Assembly: GCF_003704095.1 (NCBI RefSeq) | Contig: NW_020847374.1 | Coordinates: 1 to 64,000 of the forward strand | Direction of reading: 5' to 3' | Origin: Pocillopora damicornis | Lineage: Eukaryota | DNA length: 64,000 bases | Shown: positions 23,522 through 34,662 of the stretch, piece by piece | Position numbering within the stretch: the stretch's first letter is position 1 | Layout of the letters: each line of letters starts with the position of its first letter | Notes under the pieces: model-generated | Told to the model about the DNA's origin: nothing | The model's input: only the letters and a program-made list of their open reading frames with translations | Database searches by the model: none | Position numbers and translations under genes: made by a program

Positions 23522-26051
23522 ATGGATGAGCCAAAAGAATACTTCTATGGCCGTGCCGAACGCTCGGCGAGTTTTACGGATGTAAACGACTGTAGTAATC
23601 TATGGAACGAAGACGAAGTCATCGCAATGGACATTTACACTGCTTGTGCTATCGGCGAATACAGCTGTGTACAGCAGCATCTAGCAGATGGAGTGGAGTT
23701 AGCCGATCTTGATAAACCCAACTGTGGTGGATGGACTCCTCTAATGTACGCTGCTTACGTTGGCCATGACAATATAGTTAATCTGCTCCTCGACTACCAT
23801 GTTAATGTGAACGCGACTACAGCAGAAAATGGGGCTAACGCGCTTATGCTTGCGGCAAGTTGTGGAAATGAATCTGTTGTTTACTTCCTACTGCAGAACG
23901 GTGCTAAGATCGATGCTCAAGACAAGAGAGGTTGGACTGGTTTGTTTTATGCAACGTACCAAGGACATCACAAGGTTGTACAGTTGTTGTTGGAGAACGG
24001 TGCTGACATGGAGTTAAGGTATTCAATATTCCCTTCATTCTAAATTATTTAAACCTCTTGAATAATCTTTTTTTTTTTTTTGCGTAAATGCGCACACGAT
24101 TGAAGAAAAGTTAAAACTGATACCGCCCTAATAAATTAAACTTCTCACGGTGTCATTTTACCCGCTGATTGTGAGGCATTTACTTTAGAATAATCTTCCA
24201 GGTAGCAGATGAATATAAATTTTTACGGTGACGATCAATAATAGCGGAGTGCATCAAGTATGCAAAGTGGAGTTTTACCTTTCTAGAAATTCTTTTTTAT
24301 TTTCGTTTTTTTTTTTAAGCCAGTAAGAGCGTATAAGAAAAAAAGAAAGGAGATGTTTGTTTAATAACCCATTTCCCTGATACATCACAATGCATATTCT
24401 CCATACTCGTCTCTTTGCTGACAAGGGGAATTTGCTCAAAAATCAAAAGCTTATTTTGTTGGTTATCCTTTCCTTTATTCGTGTCACCTAACTGTGTGAT
24501 TCAGGGTTGATATTGTGAAGAGAAATTACAATTATGGAAAAAAATATTTAATGATGGACCAAACTTGCCAAGGCCCTCAATTTTTACAATTAATTTCCTA
24601 TAAATAACACATAATAGATGCTAGTTGCCTTTAGGAGTTAAAGTTTTAGTTTTCAATTGATTTTAGCACATTTTCCTCACAACAAAAAGCAATTAAATAA
24701 TATGTAGCACAGCTCCCGAGATGAAATGATGTTGAGATTCTTTCTTCAGAGAGCAGAGGATATTTGAATTAGATTTATTGATTTTCTCTCTCTTTGTAGG
24801 GAATATAGATTTGGCCTGACTCCGTTACTGGCAGCTGCAAAGGAAGGACATGAAGTCATATTTGAAGAACTTGTTAGATGCAATGCAAACATGAATGCCC
24901 ACACAAACCGTGGAGAGGATGCACGATCTTTGGCTCTGCGGAATGGGAACATGACTGTAGTAAACGTAATTAATCAGCAGGCCTTTCTCAATATGCCAAA
25001 CATTATGCTGCGGAGTGAACCTGGTCTTGTACCTGATGATAGTGACCATGTTGAAGATAAGGTTTGTGCAGCGCTTCAAGGAAAGAATGTGATCCCAAAG
25101 GTTGGGATTCAAGATGGACCAGAGGCCTTTAAAAAGTTGATGAGCAGTCATCAGAATGATGGAAAGCCAGTGAATATTCCTAGTATGATGGGAGAACAGG
25201 AAAGGGCCAGCCATTTTGTTGGAAGTCCATACTGTTTAGCCAACACACCAGGCACTCCTGTTGGTAGTTATGAATCTGAGCACTTTTTCATTAACTGTGG
25301 CAGAACTGTTGAAAGTGCTAGCTTGCATAAAAAACTACAGAAAATGCACAGTACTGGAAGTGATGCCAGTAGACAACTTCAAGTTGGTGAAGCTTCACCT
25401 ATGAAACCAACTATCGCAAACTTTCTGGAAGATTTGAATTTGACAAAATATGTTTCCAGATTTGAAGATCAAGATGTGGATTTTATTACACTACTAACCC
25501 TCACAGACAGTGATCTAAGAGAAGTTGGAATTTCATTGTTTGGTCCAAGAAGGAAAATTCTTACAGCAATATCAGACTGGAAGGAAGAAAATAATTATTT
25601 GAACACAGAAAATGACAGAAAAGCTCTGGAGGAATGCCAACATCAAGCTCACAAAATAGAAGCACAGCTTCTTAATGCCACTTCTGAAGTGAAGCAGCTT
25701 CAAACTCTTCTCTCTCAGGAGAAAGACTTGCGTCTTTGTGTTGAAGGTTGTCTTGTGGAAGAGAAGGCTAAACGACAAGAGATTTACATGAGGGTGTGTC
25801 AAATGAGGGAACACTGGCAACAAGTGGAAGAAGAAGGGGAAAATTTAAAATCTCTATGCAGAGAATTAGAAGAGAATGGTAACTTTTCTCAGGCAAGAGT
25901 AAAAGAGGTGTATTGTAAACTAGCAAGCTCTATTGAAAATCTGGGAAAGGTTGTTCAGTTAGGTAAAACTGGTATCAGTTCTATTTTGTATGTGGATCAG
26001 AATTCCCAAGATGGGAATTCCTCTGAATCCTCTGGTAATTCAAGTTCCTAA
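23522..26051 (+). CDS. ANKS3: Ankyrin repeat and SAM domain-containing protein 3-like, 582 aa, 2 exons
   Basis: Exons 23522-24018 and 24800-26051 (phase 2). N-terminal ankyrin repeats (DIYTACAIG, GGWTPLMYAAYVGHDNIVNLLL, ALMLAASCGNESVVYFLLQNGA), a SAM domain (FEDQDVDFITLLTLTDSDLREVGISLFGPRRKI) and a C-terminal coiled coil. Confidence 0.9.
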
Positions 26052-26853
26052 TCTTTACTCTTTATAAACGTGAGCTGACAAGCAAGTCTCACACAATACA
26101 ATGTGGCATGAAAGTTACATATGATACACTGCTTAGCTTCATATGTTCCTTGCCCCATTTATCCATTTTGTCCCAGTGATTTGGTGTAGCTATTGTTCCT
26201 GTTATGTAACCAAGTTGTTTTAACTCTGAGGGCCAGGGGGGAATCTTTACATGATCTGGGCAACCACAGATCATTTGGCATTGACCATCAAGCACTTTGC
26301 TACTAACCTTCACCATGCTTTTTGCTTAACTTTACTATTCATTATTCAGTATAAAGGGTGAAATTGTGGTGAAGTTGTGGTGGTATGCTTTTAAAATCAC
26401 TCATTTGCACTGAATAATCAATTCTGGTGTAACATAGATAGATGTTATTGAGAAGTCAGATGAATTCTTGTTTCTGATTCCATTTTATAGCTTCTGCTTG
26501 TGCGTGTAGATACTCTTGGCAAAGCTTCTATTTAGTACTTTCTATTTAGAGTACAGCTCATCAGTTCTTATCTTCTCTTTCTCTTGGTGATAGATAAACT
26601 TGATGATTGGCCACTGATGTGAAGTAATGTCTTAGATTTTTCATTGAATTTGGCCTGAAAATACTAGCTTGTATATGGTCTTTTGTTGCTTACAAAATAA
26701 ATTGAAATGTTACTTAGTAGACAGTTAAACTTCTTTCTTGCAGTAAAGGCAGTAAATGCTTGTGAATATTTCTTTCAATTATTTTGTTAATGAAGTTCTT
26801 GTTACTGGTAAGTTTTACTTTGAAATTAATTTATTGAGATTAATACTTATGAA

Positions 26854-27025
26854 AGATATCAGCAGTATCCTCACCCCTCAAGGGATGGGGCAAAGAGATA
26901 TCAGCAGTATCCTCGCCCCTCAAGGGATTGGGACAGAGAGATATCAGCAGTATCCTCACCCCTCAAGGGATTGGGACAGAGAGATATGAGCAGTATCCTC
27001 ACCCCTCAAAGGATTGGAACAAAGA
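26854..27025. repeat. Minisatellite, ~42-43-bp unit x4
   Basis: Unit AGATATCAGCAGTATCCTCACCCCTCAAGGGATTGGGACAGAG; a related hairpin copy lies at about 27134-27171. Confidence 0.9.
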
Positions 27026-27410
27026 AATTCTGACACACTTCAGAATTTAGTCAATAAGTACCCCAATATGCATTGCATCATTTATTCAATAAAAATTAAT
27101 TTATTAAGAGTTTATGGAATTCAGAGTTGAGGTGTCCTTACCCCTCAAGGGATTGTGGGGTAAGGATACTGTGCTGCAATGCAGATTGATTCGATTTATG
27201 GCTCTATAAAAAGAAATTGCACCATTATTGAATAAATATTTTATATTTGAGACTGATCTTAAATTTTTGTGTCAAAGTGAAGTAAATTTTGTTATGAAGA
27301 AACTCAAACAGGCAAAGGTACATGCATGTAAAGTAGAGAGCCACATAACAAGTTTAGTAACTGGAGAGGATGTTAAAGAATAAAATCAACTGTTTTCATT
27401 TACAAAGGTT

Positions 27411-27642
27411 CTTGACCAAGTTGTTCAAAGTTAGGTAAGATAACCTGGTGTTAGTGTGAAATCTGACCTCAGATCTGAAAGCTTTAAAAGAATATTCAGT
27501 CTATTTATTTTTGCTTACAATTTGATGCCTGAAAGAATTTAAGAAATTATCTGGAATAGACTTTGAAGAAGGGATTAAAGAAACCCAGATTTAAACTTAA
27601 CCCCAGGTTAGCCCTTATCGGCCTTCAAACAACTGGGCCCTG
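27411..27642. mobile_element. MITE-like element with degenerate terminal inverted repeats
   Basis: CTTGACCAAGTTGTTCAAAG ... CTTCAAACAACTGGGCCCTG; ends related to 52563-52715. Confidence 0.5.
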
Positions 27643-27768
27643 TAGTCAATCTGGGGTGAGACTTTGTCTCCAGTATCCAGTCTCTCACATCAATGATTGC
27701 CAACTTTTGTCCTTTAGTGCTGAAAGATAGCTGGGTGAGTGAAGCACTTCTCCAATTTCACTCTTCAG

Positions 27769-28128
27769 TCTCCACTTCATTATTTCTGCCCTCTACCACC
27801 CAAAGTTAACACAAATAAAAACAAGACAATATTTATGGCAATTTCTATTTTTATGTGCGTTTTTAAACTTAACTTGCTCATTTTTCTTTAAACAGTTTTC
27901 TCCATTGGAAGTTTTAAAACAAACACCTTTGGTGAAAGCAAGCCCTTATCCAAGTTCACTTTTTTGTCTCCACTCTCCATGTCATCATTTTTGTTCTCTA
28001 CCACCCAAAGTTAGCACAAATGAAAACAAAACAATATTTATGGCAATTTCCATAATTTTAAATTGCACTTTTTAAACTTATTTTGCTAACTTTTGTTTCA
28101 ACAGTTTTCTCCATTGGAATTTTTAAAA
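27769..28128. repeat. Direct tandem duplication, ~200-bp period x2
   Basis: CTCTACCACCCAAAGTTA.CACAAAT.AAAACAA.ACAATATTTATGGCAATTTC...AACAGTTTTCTCCATTGGAA.TTTTAAAA occurs twice. Confidence 0.8.
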
Positions 28129-28487
28129 TAGTTTATAAAGAATCGTTTTTTGCCAGAGTCAACACTTGATGATTGAGAAGGAAACATTACTCAGGCATAT
28201 CTTCTACTTGTATACGCTTGGTTGTGAATGTCAAAAATCAATCATTAATTTCTACAATAATATTTTTTACGATTCCTTACCTACTGGGTTTCCTTTCAGT
28301 ATGTATAAAATGAATTGGAACAAATGTTTCCCATACAAAAATTCCTCCTGGAAATAGTTGAACATAGCTGCAAAGCAGCATAACTATGAAAATTTGAAGC
28401 CTAATATATATTATAATCATTTCCTATTACAGATTAAAATAATAAAATAAATTATGAAAAAACATAAAGCTACTCTTTATAGGTAGT

Positions 28488-28698
28488 TTAACCCTTTAAC
28501 TCCCAGATCAAATTTGTAATTCTCTATACTGTCAACCATACAATTCTTATAATGTTAGTTCAGAGAATGTAGAATTGGATCAACTAATCATCCCCAAATT
28601 GATATTTTTCATTATTCTCATTACTTGTCTGCTTGATATTGAACTGATAGCCTAAGGAGAATTTCTGTCTTGGTTACTAGCAGGACTTAAAGGGTTAA
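28488..28698. mobile_element. TTAA-flanked ~200-bp MITE immediately 3' of the transporter paralogue 2 stop codon
   Basis: TTAACCCTTTAACTCC...GGACTTAAAGGGTTAA. Confidence 0.8.
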
Positions 28699-28722
28699 AA
28701 CATTCTCAATTGTAAACAATTG

Positions 28723-31700
28723 TTATTTACTTTTAGTAAATTGTTGAACAATCTGTCCTATCGTTATTGTTACACCTACAACTCCTCCAATGATACCAAA
28801 GGCTATAAATAAACAATCTTTGACTTTGATTAGCATTGTGTTCGAGTCTTTACAAAGTACCAAGTGGAAAACACAAGGTAAAATGAAGCCCAGGGTAGCA
28901 CTTCCAATGGAACCAACAATAGCACTAACATATGCAAAATTATCTTTCAGTGCTATAGCAATGCCAGCAGTTGTCAAAACTATAAAGGTTCGCAGCAGAT
29001 TTTTCTTCCACTTCCTTGCCTGTTAACAGGAGAGGAATTGAAGGATTAAACTATGCACACATGGTACACTAAATGCTAGTTGGGATAACCTTTGAGATCT
29101 TGGTTGGACATGTAGTATCCTCCAATTTGTGAGAAATTCCCCCTAAATTTCACGCTGCTGGGAGTACACAACATAATCTCATCCCCATTTGGAGGGATAA
29201 AATGCCAGACAAATCTGTTTGTAGGATGCTGGGTGGTTTGAAATGTCAGGACAGCAAATTCATGAATTTAGCCATGTCTAACAAAGATCACACAGTCTAA
29301 CTAATAAGACACTCCAGACTCCAGACCTTTTCAAAGTAATAGAAGATTCTCCTATTTTTTAAAAGTTTTGATTGTTTTGAAGAGTGCTTATCACATAGAG
29401 TGGAGTATTGTCTAATGGGTGTCATAAATACTGTACATATCAAAACAGTATCAGGTCTGGTTCAAATAACCACAATAATGAAACAAATAAAATAATCTTC
29501 TTCACTTTCTGTGCCATTTTTTCCTTTTTACTTACCAAGCTTCTCTGTTTTGGTATTTCTGGTGCAAGTAACCAAGAACTTTCACTGGCCTGTACTCCTA
29601 CAGATACATCAGATGATTCACTGTTAGAGCTGGTGCTGGTCTCCACTGCAGTGTTATTGTCAGATTTAAACAGCCAACCCTCAATGATCTCTATAACTGG
29701 AAAGACCTGGAGAGGATACGTCAGGAGTATAGCAAAGCACAGCAAACATCGAACCACTTGAATCAATACTCCTGAAGGAAAGCTTTCTGTAACAATCTGA
29801 TTTACTTCTTCCCCATACACTGTGTATCCAAGAATACCAAAACAACCAAGAATTACTGAAAGGGATCCAACGGCAAAGTGCAAATACAAGGGGAATCTGT
29901 GTCGGTTCTCTGCCATGCTGGTTTCAATGGGAATCAACTGAAAAAATAAAAAATTCAAATGAAACATTTCCTACTGATGATTTTAAAAGAGCACCATTTT
30001 ACCAAAAGGTAAGCTTACAATGAACTGGGATTATGTCCAGGGTACTTGAGATCCCAGCATCAGAGTAAATTCTCCACACACTACACAGAATTCTTTAGCT
30101 AAATTTTAATGGCAAGAGTTAAACCATTTTTTACTCAGATAAGGAGACTATTCTCCCTTGTAAATACAGGTCTTAATGGTAACCCAACAGAATGGGTGGC
30201 ATAAAGCTAATCAAGCAGGAGGTTAGCTCCAGATCTCTCTCACCAAGCCAAGTGTGAATGACTAATGGACAATGATAAGCTTTTGAATTGATCACTCACT
30301 GAAAGTTACTTGCTAATGAAGTATACAGAAGACTTGGGTGAGGCTTAACCCTTTAACTCTCAAGATCTCATTAGTAATTCTGCTTACTGTCTGTCAAATG
30401 ATTCCCATTATGTTAGTTTGAAGAATTTGGTATCGGACCAATCATTTTGGTATCGGACCAATCACCATCATTGACATTTTTTTTTATTCTCATCACTTGT
30501 CTGCATGATATTGTATAGATATAGTGAGAAGAATCTCTATTTTGGTTACTCACAGGAGTTAAAGGGTTAAGGACTGAAGCATGTAAAAGGGAAGAGGATC
30601 ATTACAGAAAATCCTCCACATTTTTCAAGAATTGAGGAGGGATAATGGAGGATCCATTACCAAATGGAAATTATCAAGTGCAGAACTAACAGAAATAAAA
30701 AACAACTACATTAAAAAAAAACAGAATTGTGTTTCTCATATTGATTATTTCTACCAAGCTTTTATGATTTTGAAAGGTTACATCCCTTCCCTTCCCCCTC
30801 TCGGTAACCCTTGTCTACTAAATGTAACAAGGTCAAGTCTATTATTTAACTAGTAGTGAAAAGCCCAGCAGAATACTTACAGTTCCAATTCCTTCATAAG
30901 CACTGGTCACTTGGCCAAAAAAAACTGGAAATGTAGCCCAGTTTGACAGCCCGATTTCCTTTAGTTTGAATTTTAAACCTACATGCAAAACAAATTGGAA
31001 CAAGACTTGTCTGACTAGAGCTAATTAATCTGTTACTGCTATACATAAAAATATTTTAGGGCTCTGGTTAGGGTTAATAAAATAGAAATAGAAATGAATC
31101 GGCACAAATCAATTTTAGGTCATTAAAAATAACATCTTTTGCCTTTTGTATGTCAGTGTAACCATATTTGGAATGACCAAAGAGTTATTATACCACACAA
31201 GTCAATATAACTTTTTGCAAGCCTTGATTGGCTAGCTCAGAGCTGATTAGCAAGTATTACTGACCTTGGAGCAATCAAAAGAGACAAAATTGTGTATTAA
31301 GAGTTTAATTTCTGACTATTTTTTTCAACATCATCAGGGAAGAAATTTTTGGTTCTTGTGTGGTATATGCTAAAAGAATTAATATCTAACTGAGTCTTGG
31401 TGAAAGTGTTGGAAGAGTTATCTCCACTTTGATGCAAATCATAGTTGTTAATTATCCTGTCTGGCCAGTTAACCCTTTGACTCCTGCAAGTGATCAACAA
31501 AAAACTTCTCCCTATGACATCCTTACATTATCCAGCAAACAGGTGATGAGAATATTCAAACTTATCAGTTAGAAGTTGTTATCTTGATCTAACTACAAAT
31601 TCTCATTACTAACTTACAAGGAAATATGTGGCAGCTTGAGGGGAGAATTAACAATTTGATCTTGGGAGTTAAAGGGTTAAAAATCATGATAACATGAAAC

Positions 31701-33529
31701 TTACCACTTAACATATATCCCACTACTGAAACAAAAGCCACCAGGAGAGCCACATTAGCTGCAAAACTTACTGGACCCAGTTTACGAATACTTCTTATGT
31801 ATGAAAACAGTATCAATGGGATCAGTGGCACAAGAATGAGCAGATAGAATTTAGGAGGATGGTAATTCCCATGTGACTTTGCTGTAGCATTTGTGTCATT
31901 GGTAGAATTATGTGGTGGAGGAAACATTGATGTAATGGTGTTGCCCAAAAAAATGAAATAACCAATGCAGAAGCCAAACTGTGTGGTAAGAAGTGCTGCA
32001 TTTACAAGGAACACTCCCTTCTTGCCCAAAGCAATTCTACCAATTTCTCCAAAAAACATCCTTTTCTCTACAGTGTTTCGCATGTCAGTCATGTCTGTAT
32101 CCTGGGATTCAAGATCATATGACTTTGAGGCTGAGTCTAGAACAATTTGGACAGCAGCTTTCTTACACTTAATGATCAACTGGCAACAGTGATCTGTGAT
32201 GAGTGCAATGATAAGGATTCCCACACATCCAAGCTGAAAAGAAATGATCAACATTAACTTTATTGCTTGATTGATATTTGTACAGTACCACTCAGAAAAT
32301 GTTAACCAAAAAAAAAAAATTAAGATGGTTTGAGACAATTTAAACAAGGACATTTTAATCACATCATGTAGTTCAAAATGGCCTCTTCACCATCCATAGC
32401 CTAAAGGAGACTTTTGTTGACAAATATACTGCAATAAAACAGTTTTATCAATAAGCAGCTAACGTTTGACTTACCACAATTCCACTTTGTTTAAAAGCAA
32501 ATGGCAGACCAATCCAGTTGGTTCCAATAAATGCTTTAAAAACATTTGCAAAATCTGTGACTTGTCTAAACACTGACGGCCTAAAAAGTGCAGCAATTAT
32601 CGTCAGTTTAGCCAAGAGTAGAATATTTATGAGAATAAATTAGAACCAGGCTAATGTTTTCCCTTACAATAAGTATTTCTAGACAAATCATGGTTTCATC
32701 TGAACCAGATGCCACACCAGTCCAAGTTATTTCACTATTTGTATTTCGTAATAAAACCTCTTATAAATTCCTGGGAAAGGAGGAGAACAGTTATGGTAAG
32801 GTGCCATGCCATGGAACAATGCACAGTACTCAATGCTAGAAGTTAATTGTGAAAGGAAATGTAAATGTACCCACATACTATCAATAACTACAACTGTGCT
32901 GATTTGGTGATGGCCAAGACAATACTACATTATCAAATCTATCATGAATAAAAACAAAAAAACAAATGAATATACAGTAACTTTTTACTAGTCATGTTTA
33001 AACGGTTCTAAAATTTTGAAAACAAGTTTAAAAAAAAAATACCGAGGGTATACCACCATAGAAACTGAAAATTTATGTGTGAATTTCTTCATAACGACAT
33101 TTAACGAAGGGTTAACCAAAATTAATTACATTCATTCAAATGTCTTTACAAAATGTAGATGGATCGGACTGTATAATGTTTTCAAAGTTTGTTTCCATCA
33201 CGGAAATCAACATTTACTTCTGATCATTCAAAATTTCGATCTCGCTCGAACCTCGCCATCGAACGAATATGACGATAGAAGCCCAATCAACTGAAAATAC
33301 ACACTTGACAAATTAACAATCGACATTATACCCATACCGCGACTGAAACGCAAATGATAACCGCACTGTGCTTGTTCTGATTCACAGACAATTATTTTGC
33401 AATCCATGTAGAGCCATACTGCCATATCAGGGTCAAATAAGCTCTTAATTAAGAGGAAAATTATACCCACCTTATTAAAGGTACGCTAGATACACTTGAG
33501 GGCATTTTCTTGTACCCTTCTCCTATCAT
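28723..33529 (-). CDS. Aa_trans family (SLC36/AVT3-like) amino-acid transporter, paralogue 2, 496 aa, 6 exons
   Basis: Exons 33529-33471, 32580-32475, 32233-31705, 30978-30881, 29937-29536, 29019-28723. Same intron positions and phases as paralogue 1 (106- and 98-nt exons identical in size). Motifs FANVFKAFIGTNWIGLPFAF, TQFGFCIGYFIFLG, AYEGIGTLIPIETSM, TYPLQVFP. Confidence 0.9.
30345..30570. mobile_element. TTAA-flanked MITE
   Basis: TTAACCCTTTAACTC...GGAGTTAAAGGGTTAA, with an internal ~20-bp duplication TTTGGTATCGGACCAATCA. Confidence 0.8.
31469..31680. mobile_element. TTAA-flanked MITE
   Basis: TTAACCCTTTGACTCC...GGGAGTTAAAGGGTTAA. Confidence 0.8.
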
Positions 33530-34662
33530 ATTTTACGGTTTTTAACACTGATGTATCACAGACACGATCGTTCACGTAGTAATACACACAAATGTGTGAT
33601 GTGATGAATTTTCCCAGTAAAAGTACTCACGCCAAGTTTATAGGCATCGAGCACTCGTTATGAAAACGAGGCCAAGTAAAATCACGCAAGGTTTGACCGG
33701 AAATGGCGGGCTTGAATACGTAACGTTACGTGTAAAAATAAATCTCGAGAACGTTCCCTGGCAGTCTTTTAAAAATTCTTCGATGGTAAAAGCATCAACC
33801 TTTGTTACAGTCGATCTTCCGATGCTCGCCTAAAGTAAAATTTTCAAAGACTGCTTTAAATCGTAAGGAATAATCTTCAACACGATTTGCCAAACTGCTG
33901 TTGCTACACGTCTTTCAGATAGATTTTGTAAGGGGCGGGCAATCTTGCGTAATCGCGTATGTAACACTGGGGGATTAATCTCCATTTCTCCCAGGTCTTT
34001 TGTATTGTTTTTTCCCTTTGTCCTTAAGAATCTGTATAAAAGATAATGAAAGCATCTTAGCGCTGTTTGCGGTATACCGTAGGACTACTAATGACCATTA
34101 TTTGACATGAAGGGCTGGTTCATGAGGTCACGCTGACTGCAGGCATGGGTTCTTTACCTCTTATTAGAGTATTTATTTTACAAGTTACTTTATGAGGCTA
34201 AAACAGATTAATGTAATGAAAATATATCACAAATGTTCTTGACAGGTACTAATAATTTACTTCAGATTGTATATAAGTATCTGCACTTAAGCGTTTGTTC
34301 AGGATCCCTAAAAAAAACACCCATCCTTTGCATCAAACATCTATAGAGTCTCTACCTCTCTTGAAGTAATCGCTCAGTGTTCGATAGAGATCAGCAGCAA
34401 TTTAACCGCAAGTTGATTCTGTGAAATAACGAACAGGTTGAACAAAATCGCAAAGGAACTCAATCGTTCATGATTGCAAGTAATGACGAAAAACTTGATA
34501 CAAACGTCATTTGGAGGATGATTTCCTGACGCGCCTCCAAATTCTCATAAATAGCTCATAGAGAATGTTTGCGTGTCTTTTCAAGCTCCCTCACGGCCTA
34601 TCTCACCCCTCCCCCCTCCCCCACCCCTCACCTCATGCAATCGCTGCCCACATAACACGGAA
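33530..34662. promoter_or_regulatory. Divergent promoter region (transporter paralogue 2 / IDO)
   Basis: 1.1 kb between divergent ATGs; CpG-rich, with an overlapping ETS/YY1-like motif CCGGAAATGGCGG at 33697-33709. Confidence 0.45.

Noticed and set aside
26854-27025. Regularly spaced repeats resembling a CRISPR array
   Set aside because: Units are contiguous with no unique spacers, there are no cas genes, and the context is eukaryotic; it is a minisatellite.
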